Assembly: GCA_964374065.1 (NCBI GenBank)
Contig: CAYJWW010000002.1
Location: 4,153 to 68,152, forward strand
Direction of reading: 5' to 3'
DNA length: 64,000 nt
DNA from: an uncultured Candidatus Saccharibacteria bacterium
GTDB taxonomy: Bacteria; Patescibacteriota; Minisyncoccia; UBA6257; 2-01-FULL-56-20
The position numbers and the translations under genes are program-made. Below, piece by piece: positions 48,263 to 57,801 of this stretch. The notes beneath the pieces are model-generated. The model worked only from the letters and a program-made list of their open reading frames with translations, searched no databases and was not told where the DNA came from. How positions within the stretch are numbered: position 1 is the first letter of the stretch; every line of letters begins with the position of its first letter.

Positions 48263-49576
48263 ATGAAAAAAGTCCTTATTATCACCAATCTTTTCCATTC
48301 TTCGCCGCGCATTCCGGGCCTCTCGAAATACCTGCCGGAATTCGGCTGGGAACCCGTCGTGCTTGCAACTCCCTTAGGGGAAAATCCCGAAGCGCGTTTG
48401 GGGCCGCCCAACGATTTTACGAAACGCGTCCGGACGATAGAGGTTCCATATAAAGATCCCATTCCGTTCTTGAAACGCTTGGGAGGATTCGGATCGGAGG
48501 AAGGCTCCCGCGTCCAGCTTGAGAAGCGCTTCGGGAAAGAGCGGGGGGGCATTGTGAAACCGATCCTCCGGAAGCTCATCATTTGGGCCGGCGCGATTAT
48601 CGCCTATCCCGACGAAATGCGCTGGTGGCGCACGCCAGCCGTTCGAACCGCATCTGCCATGCTTCGGAAAGAACACTTCGACGCAATCCTGACGAGCTCC
48701 TCTCCGGTTACGAGCCACCGGATCGCGAAAGAGCTCGTGCGGCGATTCCGCCTCCCGTGGGCGGCCGATATGCGCGATCTCTGGACCCAGAATCATAACT
48801 ATCTGCACCCCGCGATCCGGAAGTTTTTTGAGACTCGGCTTGAAATGCGCACGCTCTCCGCGGCGGACGCATTCACCACCGTTTCGGAACCGCTTGTGGC
48901 GCATTTGAAGTCGCGGTATCCCGGAACTCCCGCAACTTCCATCCCGAACGGCTTCGATCCGGAAAAAGTGAATGAGCCGCCGATCGCCACATCCAAAGAA
49001 TTTTCCATAAGCTACACCGGAACCATTTACCCGGAGAAGCAGGATCACGCAAAAATACTGGACGCGCTCCGCGAACTTATTATGGAAGATGCGATCGACC
49101 CTTCCCGTACGAAATTGCGGTTCTACGGCGTACCCCAGCCATGGCTTCGGACCGCCGCCGAAGCGCGCGGCCTAGGAAGCGTTGTCGAACAACCGGGCAT
49201 GAGATCCCGCACGGAGATCGGCAATATCCAAAAATGGTCTCAGGTCCTTCTTGTGTTCGCTTGGGAAGATCCGAAAGAGACCGGCGTTCTCCCCACAAAA
49301 CTATACGAGTACTTCGCCGCCCGAAGGCCCATACTCGTTACCGGAGGCACCACGGGGGAGCGATTCCGAGAAATGCTTGATGAGGCGAAAGCCGGCTCGC
49401 ATCCGATGACCGTTCAGGAAATAAAAAAAGTCCTCCTTGCGTATTATGAGGAGTATGTCCGAACCGGTTCCGTGTCATACCGCGGCGATGCCCGGGCGAT
49501 GGATCGATATAGCTACCGTTCAATGGCAAATGAATTCGCCAAGGTGCTCGACGGGGTCGTAGCGGGTAGAATATAG
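48263..49576 (+). CDS. glycosyltransferase (GT-B, GT4-like)
   Basis: Start chosen at MKKVLIITNLF. The C-terminal domain shows a GT4-like fold; 437 aa. Confidence 0.55.
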   Translation: MKKVLIITNLFHSSPRIPGLSKYLPEFGWEPVVLATPLGENPEARLGPPNDFTKRVRTIEVPYKDPIPFLKRLGGFGSEEGSRVQLEKRFGKERGGIVKPILRKLIIWAGAIIAYPDEMRWWRTPAVRTASAMLRKEHFDAILTSSSPVTSHRIAKELVRRFRLPWAADMRDLWTQNHNYLHPAIRKFFETRLEMRTLSAADAFTTVSEPLVAHLKSRYPGTPATSIPNGFDPEKVNEPPIATSKEFSISYTGTIYPEKQDHAKILDALRELIMEDAIDPSRTKLRFYGVPQPWLRTAAEARGLGSVVEQPGMRSRTEIGNIQKWSQVLLVFAWEDPKETGVLPTKLYEYFAARRPILVTGGTTGERFREMLDEAKAGSHPMTVQEIKKVLLAYYEEYVRTGSVSYRGDARAMDRYSYRSMANEFAKVLDGVVAGRI

Positions 49577-49603
49577 GAAAGCGGGCGTCCGGATCCAACA
49601 TCC

Positions 49604-50266
49604 TTGACTCGAACCATGCCATACGATACAGAGCGCCAATTCCGGCTCACGCCAGAAGAGTATCTCGCAAAATTGGATTTTCTGAATTGGTATCGCTACT
49701 TTTTTATAGTCCGCGAACTCTGCCGTATGCGGGCGAAGACGGTTCTTGAGATTGGTCCTGGAGAAGGCACGGTGAAGCGCGTAATGCTCCCGTTCGTCGA
49801 GACATATACGACGATGGATATCAACGAGCGCCTGGGGCCGGACGTAGTGAGCGACGTGCGCATCTCCGCACCGGAGCTCTCCGGAAAATTCGATGCGGTT
49901 ATCGCGGCGGATATTCTGGAACATATTCCATTTCCGGAACTCCTGGCTGCATTAAGGAATATGCACGAATATCTTGCTCCGGGAGGCCACGCGCTTATCA
50001 CGATCCCCCATCGCGCATGGTTCACGTTCCGTATGTCGTGGCGCGACTACCGGCACCATGTACTCCGAGCGCCGGGATGGTTCCGCACCCTCTACCACCG
50101 GTTAAAAGGGCGGCGCGAAAACCCAATCGATCCGGATCATGCATGGGAAATCGGCGACGGGACGCACCGCGTGCGAGATGTGGAGGAGCGAATGCGCGAT
50201 GCGGGATTCGCCATCCTAAAACGAGAGCCTCTTCTCTATGTCGATTTTTGGGTACTTAGAAAATAG
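49604..50266 (+). CDS. class I SAM-dependent methyltransferase (type 11-like)
   Basis: Motif I VLEIGPGEGT and motif II AADILEHIP; 220 aa. Confidence 0.6.
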   Translation: MTRTMPYDTERQFRLTPEEYLAKLDFLNWYRYFFIVRELCRMRAKTVLEIGPGEGTVKRVMLPFVETYTTMDINERLGPDVVSDVRISAPELSGKFDAVIAADILEHIPFPELLAALRNMHEYLAPGGHALITIPHRAWFTFRMSWRDYRHHVLRAPGWFRTLYHRLKGRRENPIDPDHAWEIGDGTHRVRDVEERMRDAGFAILKREPLLYVDFWVLRK

Positions 50267-50271
50267 ATCTG

Positions 50272-50868
50272 ATGAGGAAACGCGCCATTGATGTTATTGT
50301 GTCCGGATGCGCCTTGATCCTTCTTTCCCCATTCTTCCTTGTGATAGCCGCGCTTATTAAGGCAAAAGATCGCGGCCCCGTCTTCTATCGCGGCGAGCGG
50401 GTGGGTCTCCATGGGAGACCGTTCCGAATTTTCAAATTCCGCAGCATGGTCGTGAATGCCGAGAAAACGGGGGTTGCTTCGACCGCATCCGGGGATCCCC
50501 GCATTACCCCAATCGGTAAGTTTCTCCGCAGGACGAAACTCGACGAAGTTCCCCAGCTTATTAACGTGTTTAGAGGAGACATGAGCTTGGTAGGCCCGCG
50601 GCCCGAGGTCAAAAAATTCACCGACCTCTACACGACCGAAGAAAAAGCGCTCCTCACGATCAGGCCCGGCATGACGGATTATGCCTCTCTCTGGAACTTC
50701 AATGAAGCAGAAGCGCTCGAAGGAAGCGCCGATCCCGACAAGGACTATTTGGAAAAGATCCGACCGGAGAAGATCCGGCTCCAATTGAAGTATTTCCGCG
50801 AGCAATCGTTCTTGACCGATTTGAAGATCATCTTCCTTACGATCAAAAAAACGCTCGTGGGGAAATAA
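50272..50868 (+). CDS. undecaprenyl-phosphate sugar phosphotransferase (small bacterial sugar transferase, PglC/WbaP C-terminal-like)
   Basis: KRxxD start with one TM helix, then FRSM ... DEVPQLINVFRGDMSLVGPRPE catalytic motif; 198 aa. Confidence 0.75.
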   Translation: MRKRAIDVIVSGCALILLSPFFLVIAALIKAKDRGPVFYRGERVGLHGRPFRIFKFRSMVVNAEKTGVASTASGDPRITPIGKFLRRTKLDEVPQLINVFRGDMSLVGPRPEVKKFTDLYTTEEKALLTIRPGMTDYASLWNFNEAEALEGSADPDKDYLEKIRPEKIRLQLKYFREQSFLTDLKIIFLTIKKTLVGK

Positions 50869-50872
50869 CCGT

Positions 50873-51274
50873 ATGAAAGCGGTTCCTCCGGCAAACCCGT
50901 CCGACCCTCGCGGTCTGCGCACATGGGAATGGCATGTGGAGACAGGTAAGCAAATCACCGTTTTTCGCCGCTTTCGCGGGGAAACTTTCGGAAACCATTT
51001 TCACAAGGGAGGAGACCCGTCCAAAAATCCAGAGCGGATCCTTTTGGTCTCCGGCACCATGGAAGTTGAATTACTTGACCGAAACGGCGCGTATAAAAAA
51101 GAGGATCTCCGCACCGAGAAAGGACCGGTGGAGTTTTCTATAGAACCCTGGGTGTTGCACCGCTACCGGGCCGCTGCCGATTGCCTATATATCGAATACC
51201 GCATTACCCGGTTCGATCCGCAGGCGCCGGACACGTACCCGCCTGAGGAATTCGGGAGGAACTTCCACGACTGA
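50873..51274 (+). CDS. small cupin-fold protein (WxcM/FdtA-like sugar isomerase domain?), hypothetical
   Basis: 133 aa, beta-rich with conserved His. Assignment rests on context within the glycan locus. Confidence 0.35.
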   Translation: MKAVPPANPSDPRGLRTWEWHVETGKQITVFRRFRGETFGNHFHKGGDPSKNPERILLVSGTMEVELLDRNGAYKKEDLRTEKGPVEFSIEPWVLHRYRAAADCLYIEYRITRFDPQAPDTYPPEEFGRNFHD

Positions 51275-51361
51275 AACCCGCGCCGGTTGACGTCCTGTAT
51301 TGATATCTTATAGTAAAAACTGAGAATAGGGCGGGGTATCGCCTTTTCCGTTACCTAAGAC

Positions 51362-51667
51362 ATGACCGATTACAGAAAAATCGCGACCGACGCGCGCCGG
51401 AAGGTGATCGAGATGATCTACCGGGCGCAATCAAGCCATGTAGGATCAAATCTATCGGCAATAGACATCCTTACCGTTTTATTCGAAAAAATGGACGTGA
51501 AGAAGGATAAGTTCATCGCAAGCAAGGGGTGGGTGGCCGCTTCTCTTTATTATTTTTTATGGAGAAGGGGAAGTATTACAGAAGAGGAATTGAATAGCTA
51601 TTGTCAACAAATTGAGTGTCCTGAATGCAATGGGACAGGGATTGCCAATGGAGTAAATAAAAAGTAA
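51362..51667 (+). CDS. transketolase N-terminal subunit, 5' fragment (gene interrupted by an HNH endonuclease insertion)
   Basis: AQSSHVGSNLSAIDILTVLF matches the TPP-binding N-terminal region of transketolase. The ORF ends in a Cys-rich tail ECPECNGTGIANGVNKK and TAA, in frame with the following HNH ORF. Low-GC region. Confidence 0.55.
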   Translation: MTDYRKIATDARRKVIEMIYRAQSSHVGSNLSAIDILTVLFEKMDVKKDKFIASKGWVAASLYYFLWRRGSITEEELNSYCQQIECPECNGTGIANGVNKK

Positions 51668-51676
51668 CATGAATAT

Positions 51677-52252
51677 GTGTATAAGATTTGCAAAACTTGT
51701 AAAAGAAAGTTCATTCCAAAAGACGATAGACCAACAAGGCCAGCTAAATTTTGTTCCCGAAAATGTATTCGTAACAAAACGCAATTTAAAAAGGGGCATA
51801 CAATTCGTCTTGGATTAAGACCACCGAAATATGCTTGGGACAACGACAATTCTAAAAAGACGAGATTTAAAAAGGGGCATACTTTCGGTTTTAGAAAAGG
51901 TCATGTCTCTTGGAATAAAAATAAAGATTTTGGAAGCATCGAACATCTTGCGAAACGAATTTCATGGTTAACCCTTTACCGAAAATGGAGGTTGGCAGTT
52001 AAACGAAGAGATGGCTTTAAATGCATTCAATGTAACAGCAGAAAAAAATTAAACGTTGACCATTATCCGACTTCATTGGCTCAGCTCGTAAAAGAGTACA
52101 AAATAGAATCACCGCAAGAAAGTAAGAAAATTAAGAAATTCTGGGACACTAAAAATGGGCGAACGCTTTGTATATCATGTCATAAACAAACACTAAATTA
52201 TGGAAGAAACTTCGTGCAAAAAATGCAACGGGACCGGCAGGATTTGGAGTAA
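51677..52252 (+). CDS. HNH homing endonuclease
   Basis: HNH motif (LNVDHYP ... NGRTLCISCH) with CxxC zinc knuckles. GC is about 30%. GTG start in the same frame as the upstream transketolase fragment. Confidence 0.7.
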   Translation: MYKICKTCKRKFIPKDDRPTRPAKFCSRKCIRNKTQFKKGHTIRLGLRPPKYAWDNDNSKKTRFKKGHTFGFRKGHVSWNKNKDFGSIEHLAKRISWLTLYRKWRLAVKRRDGFKCIQCNSRKKLNVDHYPTSLAQLVKEYKIESPQESKKIKKFWDTKNGRTLCISCHKQTLNYGRNFVQKMQRDRQDLE

Positions 52253-52763
52253 GTTTATTGGACTTACGGAACCCGTGCATCCTGATATAATTTTTGCCGG
52301 TGGGTCGATGGGACTTTCGTTTCCCGCCGGAGTCGGCTTCGCTTTAGCGAAGAAACTTAAAGGCGAGGAGGGGAAAATTCACATTTTGATGAGCGACGGA
52401 GAAATGCAAATCGGCACTACCTGGGAGTCGGTTTTAATCGCGAGACAACATTCTCTTTCCAATTTAGCGGTTTGGGTAGACAATAACCGTTTGCAAGCCA
52501 TGGGGCTGACCAAGGAAATACTTAACATTGAGCCGATAGACGAGCGGGTCAAATCGTTCGGCTGGTCAGTCCAGAGGATAGACGGTCATAATTTTGAAGA
52601 AATTGAATCGGCTTTGGGAAAACTCTCCGATTCATCGCCGAACATGATTATCTGCGACACCATAAAAGGCAAGGGAATTTCTTTCATGGAAAACGATAAC
52701 CTCTACCACTATAAAATGTTGTCGGAAGAAGAATATAATAACGCACTGGCAGAGTTAAAATAA
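52200..52763 (+). CDS. transketolase N-terminal subunit, 3' fragment
   Basis: GGSMGLSFPAGVGFALA ... MSDGEMQIGTTWE ... QRIDGHN are TPP-binding motifs. The ORF begins with MEETSCKKCNGTGR, which duplicates the CxxCNGTG motif at the end of the 5' fragment. Confidence 0.55.
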   Translation: MEETSCKKCNGTGRIWSKFIGLTEPVHPDIIFAGGSMGLSFPAGVGFALAKKLKGEEGKIHILMSDGEMQIGTTWESVLIARQHSLSNLAVWVDNNRLQAMGLTKEILNIEPIDERVKSFGWSVQRIDGHNFEEIESALGKLSDSSPNMIICDTIKGKGISFMENDNLYHYKMLSEEEYNNALAELK

Positions 52764-52767
52764 CAAA

Positions 52768-53265
52768 ATGGGAGAAATCATTAAAAATGAGGACGGCAGA
52801 CGCGTATTCGTCAATACTCTAAACGAGCTAGCGGAAACTGACCCAAATATTATTGTCATTATTCCTGATGTTGGATTTAATTACTTAGACGACCCAAAAA
52901 ACAAATTTAGAGTGATAAATTTAGGCGTTACCGAAGCCAGCGCTACGGTAATTGCTGCCGCTTTGGCATTAAGTAACTTTTCCGTTTGGATTTATACCAT
53001 GATTCCGTTTGTTCTCTTTCGCCCTTATGAAATGGTTAGGAATGCCATTGTCAAGCACAATGCCAATGTGAAATTGATTGGGGTCAAGGGCAGTGAGAAA
53101 TACAGATTCCTCGGTTTTTCTCACAACTTACTTCACGAAGAAGAAGACATAAATGTTTGTAAAAATATTGGCCTAAAGTACTGCAACCCGCAGTCGCTAG
53201 ATGAAGTAAGAAGCATCATAATTGCAGCGTACAACGAAAAAAGGGCTGTTTATATCCGACTCTAA
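52768..53265 (+). CDS. transketolase C-terminal (pyrimidine-binding) subunit, short form
   Basis: 165 aa with Transket_pyr-like motifs (INLGVTEASATVIAAALA). The usual C-terminal domain is absent. Confidence 0.5.
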   Translation: MGEIIKNEDGRRVFVNTLNELAETDPNIIVIIPDVGFNYLDDPKNKFRVINLGVTEASATVIAAALALSNFSVWIYTMIPFVLFRPYEMVRNAIVKHNANVKLIGVKGSEKYRFLGFSHNLLHEEEDINVCKNIGLKYCNPQSLDEVRSIIIAAYNEKRAVYIRL

Positions 53266-53291
53266 ATCCAGCGGAATAAAAGCCCGCCTTA

Positions 53292-54578
53292 TTGAACGCT
53301 GGGGTCTATATTGTTCGCGACTACTCCATGGAATCCCGCTCCGCCATCGCCGCCGCCGGAAAAAAGTTCCGGACGAAGAACGTCTCGCGGCAGGTCCGGA
53401 AGATCGTCATCTCCCCGATCAAGGAGATGTCGATCTTGGCCGATTTATGGGAGGAGGAGAGCGGCAATCGGGTCGTTTCATTCGGGCAAGGAATCCCCTA
53501 CTGGGACACGCCTCAGAACATCAAGTCCGCGATACGGCGCGCGCTTCGAGAGCTCGATACCGCGAAGTACACACTTGAACCGGGCATCACGGAGCTTCGC
53601 AGGCTTCTCGCCCGCCACATTGAGAGTTCCCGTGGCGTTCGAAGCGTAGAGGCGAAAAAGGAAATAATGGTCACGGTCGGCTGCCAGGAAGCGGTCGATT
53701 GCGCGCTCCGGAGCGTCGTCGACCACGGCGACGAAGTGCTCCTGCCGGAACCCGCATTCGCTTCGCATATCGAGCAGATCCTCCAGTTCGGCGGAGTACC
53801 GCGCTTCGTGCCGCTCAAAGAAAAAGACGGGTGGCGCCTTGATGCCGCCGCGTGCGAGAAGGCCGTAACGAAGAAAACGAAAGCGGTGCTCTTTAGCACC
53901 CCATCGAACCCCACGGGAGCAGTTTTCGAAAAACGCGACCTGGTTGCGCTCGCGAAGCTCGCCAGACGAAAGAATCTCATAATCATCACCGACGAAACGT
54001 ACGACTTCCTTACGTACGACGGCGCGAAACACTTCTCTCCCGCACGCATTCCGGAGATCCGCGACCGCGTGATCCTTTGCGGGAGCTTTTCCAAAAAATA
54101 TGCCCTGACGGGCTATCGAGTTGGTTTCGCGTTCGCCGACGAAGGGCTCATCGACCACATGCTCAAAGTCCATGACGCCCTGGCGATCTGCGCGCCGGCG
54201 ATCTCGCAGAAAGCCGCGATCGAGGCGCTTAGGGGTCCGCAGGGTTCGGTAACGCAAGCCGTTTCGCGTCTTCGCCGCAACCGGGCGCTTATGTGCCGGG
54301 AGCTCGACAAACTCGCAGAATTCTTCGAGTACCAAAAACCGCGCGGCGCGTATTATATTCTCGCGAAAGTGAAACGGCGCGGCGTTAATTCTTTCACGCT
54401 CGCGGTGCGAATTCTTCGTGAAGCGAACGTGGTGGTGATCCCCGGCGCCGCGTTCGGTCCTTCCGGCGAAGGACACATCAGATTTTCGTTCGCGGGAGAT
54501 CCGAAACGCATCCCGATTGGATTTAAGCGGCTCACCCAGTGGCTCCGGAATTGGAAAGCAGAAGGATATAAATTGTAA
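53292..54578 (+). CDS. class I/II PLP-dependent aminotransferase
   Basis: SFSKKYALTGYRVGF lysine motif, 428 aa. The real start may be the internal MESRSA. Confidence 0.75.
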   Translation: MNAGVYIVRDYSMESRSAIAAAGKKFRTKNVSRQVRKIVISPIKEMSILADLWEEESGNRVVSFGQGIPYWDTPQNIKSAIRRALRELDTAKYTLEPGITELRRLLARHIESSRGVRSVEAKKEIMVTVGCQEAVDCALRSVVDHGDEVLLPEPAFASHIEQILQFGGVPRFVPLKEKDGWRLDAAACEKAVTKKTKAVLFSTPSNPTGAVFEKRDLVALAKLARRKNLIIITDETYDFLTYDGAKHFSPARIPEIRDRVILCGSFSKKYALTGYRVGFAFADEGLIDHMLKVHDALAICAPAISQKAAIEALRGPQGSVTQAVSRLRRNRALMCRELDKLAEFFEYQKPRGAYYILAKVKRRGVNSFTLAVRILREANVVVIPGAAFGPSGEGHIRFSFAGDPKRIPIGFKRLTQWLRNWKAEGYKL

Positions 54579-54669
54579 TCTCTGCTGATTCTCCCTATTA
54601 TAAGCTCTATGCCGGGTAGTGAAAATCCGGCCCGGCAACAACTAACAAGTCGAATTTCTACTGCCCGGT

Positions 54670-55791
54670 ATGCCGTACAAAGTCCGTTTTGCAAATCCGC
54701 AAAAACAATATCAGGATCACCGCGACGAGTTCATCGCCGCATTCGACGACGTGTTGACGCGCGGCGACATCGTGATGCGCAAGGACCTTGCGCAGTTCGA
54801 GGAGGATTTCGCGAAATTCGTGGGGGTGCGATACGCCTTCGGCGTGAATTCCGGCACTTCGGCTATTTATTTGGGCCTTCGCGCCGCAGGAGTGAAGGAA
54901 GGCGACGAGGTCGTCACCGTGGCGCATACGTTCATTGCGAGCATCTCCTGCATCGGACTTTTGGGCGCAAAACCGATTCTGATCGACGTGGGCCGAGATT
55001 TTAATATGGACCCGAAGCTCATCCTAAAAGCGCTCACGCCTCGCACGACGGCGATCGAACCCGTCCATTTGAACGGCCGGGTGTGCGATATGGAACCGAT
55101 CATGGACATCGCGAAACGGAAGGGGCTTCTCATCGTGGAAGACGCGGCGCAGGCCTTGGGCGCAACCTATCGCATGGCCGACGGCGCCGTAAAAAAAGCG
55201 GGTTCTTTTGGGGCAGCGGGCGCATTCAGCCTCTACTGGGCAAAAGCGCTGGGCGGCTGGGGAAATAACGGGATGGTGACGACGAATGATCCGGAAGTCG
55301 CGGAGAAAGTGCGCCTCATGCGCTATAACGGCGAAGACCGCGAAACGCGCCGTTTTTTCCATCACAGCCACAACCTCCTTATGGACAACCTCCATGCCGC
55401 GCTCCTAAACGTGAAGTTTAAATACTTTCCGGCGTGGCTCCTGCGCCGGGGAGAGATCGCCGAGCGATACCGCGCCGGGCTCGAAGGCGCGCCGCAGGTG
55501 AAAACCCCCCACTACGGCGACGATCGGTTCTCCGATATATACACCAACTATGCGATCCGCGCCGAGCGACGGGATGAACTGAAGGCGCACCTCGATGCAA
55601 CCGGAATTGAAACGATGATCTCGTGGGCGGAACCGGCGTACCGCCAGCCGCTTATGCTCCCCAACGACATCCGCCTCGAAGAAACCGAGAAGATATGCAA
55701 GGAGGTCATTTCTCTGCCGATGTATCCGGAACTCACGAATGACGAGGTAGACCGCGTAATCGCGGGCATCAGGGATTTCTATGCGCGGTAA
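54670..55791 (+). CDS. DegT/DnrJ/EryC1/StrS-family sugar aminotransferase
   Basis: 373 aa; paralog of the 45373 gene with the same fold motifs. Confidence 0.85.
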   Translation: MPYKVRFANPQKQYQDHRDEFIAAFDDVLTRGDIVMRKDLAQFEEDFAKFVGVRYAFGVNSGTSAIYLGLRAAGVKEGDEVVTVAHTFIASISCIGLLGAKPILIDVGRDFNMDPKLILKALTPRTTAIEPVHLNGRVCDMEPIMDIAKRKGLLIVEDAAQALGATYRMADGAVKKAGSFGAAGAFSLYWAKALGGWGNNGMVTTNDPEVAEKVRLMRYNGEDRETRRFFHHSHNLLMDNLHAALLNVKFKYFPAWLLRRGEIAERYRAGLEGAPQVKTPHYGDDRFSDIYTNYAIRAERRDELKAHLDATGIETMISWAEPAYRQPLMLPNDIRLEETEKICKEVISLPMYPELTNDEVDRVIAGIRDFYAR

Positions 55792-55860
55792 TGGCTTGCT
55801 TTTTTTGAATTATTTGGAGTAATATTCCGAATCAGCCGCGGAGGTCGCGGCCATGAATAT

Positions 55861-57714
55861 ATGGGACCACTTATGCGTTTCGCCGAATCGCTTCGCGCGC
55901 ACAAATTTTTCGCCTTCGCCCCTCTTGACGCGGCCCTCACCGCGCTGTCCCTTCTTGCGGCATTTTACTTGCGCTTCGATCTCTCATTCCCGCCGCAATA
56001 TGCCGATGTGTTTTGGACGGCCGTCCCCGTTCTCGCGATCCTGAATATCGCCTTTCTCCTTCGCTATAATCTTTACTCGTTCACGTGGTCCTTCGTGGGG
56101 CTTACGGAATTGGGCCGGCTCATTAAGGCGCTCACCTTTGCAAGCGCATTTTTCGCGCTCGCCATTCTCGCCGACAGGGAAACGACTAATGTTTTTGCGG
56201 GGTTCCCGAGATCGGTCGTTCTTATCGGCTATATTTTGAACGTTGTGCTCATTGGCGGCGTTCGGATCGGCAAGCGCCTGTGCTCGGAAATCGTGCTCCG
56301 CAAGCCTCCGCTCGGAAGCGCCCGGACGATAGTGGTTGGCGCGGGAAGCCAAGGTGAGCAGATCATCAGGAGCCTTCGCCTCGCAGGCACTGCAATAGAC
56401 ATCGTGGGGATCATCGACCCCAACCCCGCGAAACAAAATACGCTTATCCATAACATCCGCGTGATCGGACGCATAGATGACATCCCTTCGCTGGTCGTTG
56501 CGCACCGCGTGGAAAGCGTGGTAATCGCGCTTGGCGAAGCGCACGGCGACTACATTCGAAAAGCCGTACGCCGAGCGCGGGAAGCACGGGTTCAGAAAAT
56601 CAAGATCATTCCCCAGTTCTCCGACCTTCTGGGACAAAAAATCAGCTTCGAAGCGCTCCGCGATGTTTCGGTTGAAGACCTCTTGGGCCGCGATCCGGTG
56701 CAAATCGACACCCAAGAGATCAGGTCGTTCGTGAACGGCAAGAGGGTTCTCGTGACGGGCGCGGCGGGTTCGATCGGGAGCGAGATCTGCAGGCAGCTCG
56801 TGTCTTTCGGGCCGCACGAGATCTTCATGCTCGATTTCAACGAGAGCGGCCTCTTTGATATGGAAGCGGAGTTCAAAATGAAATTCCCCGAACAGGCGAT
56901 CCGGCCCCTTATCGCAAGCATTACGAACACCTCGAAGATCAAGGGGCTTTTCCAAAAGTTTCGGCCCGAGGTCGTATTCCACGCGGCCGCGTACAAGCAC
57001 GTTCCTTTAATGGAGGAGTGGCCGGATGAAGCTGTCGCTACGAATATTTTCGGAACCGCGGTTCTTGCCGAGGCCGCCAGGGAAGCGAATGTGAAAAAAT
57101 TTGTTCTTATCTCCACGGACAAAGCCGTGAATCCCACCTCGATCATGGGACAGACGAAACGGGCCGCCGAGCTTGTGGTGCAGGCGGAGAACGAGGCGGG
57201 GCCGACCAGGTTCGTCTCGGTGCGGTTCGGAAATGTCTTGGGCTCCCGAGGCAGCGTGGTGCCCCTCTTCGAGGAACAGATCCGGCGCAGGGCGCCGATC
57301 ACGGTCACACACCCCGAGATGCAGCGCTATTTCATGACGATCCCGGAAGCGGCGCTCCTTGTGCTCGAAGCAGGAGCCGTAGGGAGCGGAGGCGAGGTGT
57401 TTATTTTAGATATGGGGAAGCCCGTGAAGATCGTGGACCTCGCGCGCGAGCTCATCCATCTCTCCGGACTCGAACCAGACAAGGATATCCCGATCGTATT
57501 CACCGAAGTGCGCCCGGGAGAGAAGCTTTTTGAGGAACTTCTCACCGCCGAAGAACGGGCGCAAGGCGCCACTAAATGGCAAAAAATATTCGTTGCGCAG
57601 GGGGCGAAGCCGAAGGATGCGCAAACGATTCGCGTGCGCCTCCGCGCGCTTCAGAGTGCGCTTCATGATTCCTCGACGGACCTTCGCGAAAAAATCAGGG
57701 CGTTTATCGAATAA
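55861..57714 (+). CDS. membrane-anchored UDP-GlcNAc 4,6-dehydratase (CapD/WbpM/PglF family)
   Basis: Four N-terminal TM helices, then two Rossmann folds (VVGAGSQGEQ; VLVTGAAGSIGSEI) and a YKHVPL catalytic region. Confidence 0.8.
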   Translation: MGPLMRFAESLRAHKFFAFAPLDAALTALSLLAAFYLRFDLSFPPQYADVFWTAVPVLAILNIAFLLRYNLYSFTWSFVGLTELGRLIKALTFASAFFALAILADRETTNVFAGFPRSVVLIGYILNVVLIGGVRIGKRLCSEIVLRKPPLGSARTIVVGAGSQGEQIIRSLRLAGTAIDIVGIIDPNPAKQNTLIHNIRVIGRIDDIPSLVVAHRVESVVIALGEAHGDYIRKAVRRAREARVQKIKIIPQFSDLLGQKISFEALRDVSVEDLLGRDPVQIDTQEIRSFVNGKRVLVTGAAGSIGSEICRQLVSFGPHEIFMLDFNESGLFDMEAEFKMKFPEQAIRPLIASITNTSKIKGLFQKFRPEVVFHAAAYKHVPLMEEWPDEAVATNIFGTAVLAEAAREANVKKFVLISTDKAVNPTSIMGQTKRAAELVVQAENEAGPTRFVSVRFGNVLGSRGSVVPLFEEQIRRRAPITVTHPEMQRYFMTIPEAALLVLEAGAVGSGGEVFILDMGKPVKIVDLARELIHLSGLEPDKDIPIVFTEVRPGEKLFEELLTAEERAQGATKWQKIFVAQGAKPKDAQTIRVRLRALQSALHDSSTDLREKIRAFIE

Positions 57715-57801
57715 CATCCATCTTGCCGCTGCCGGCCGGCAGGCAGGGCAGAGGCATCGCCGGCCCGAGACGACCCGAAACCCGGGCGGCGAGCGGCGAT
57801 T

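Noticed and set aside
53478-54641. 387-aa minus-strand ORF
   Set aside because: It is antisense to a well-conserved class I/II aminotransferase gene, with no domain signal.
55984-57000. 338-aa minus-strand ORF
   Set aside because: It is antisense to the CapD/WbpM-like dehydratase gene.
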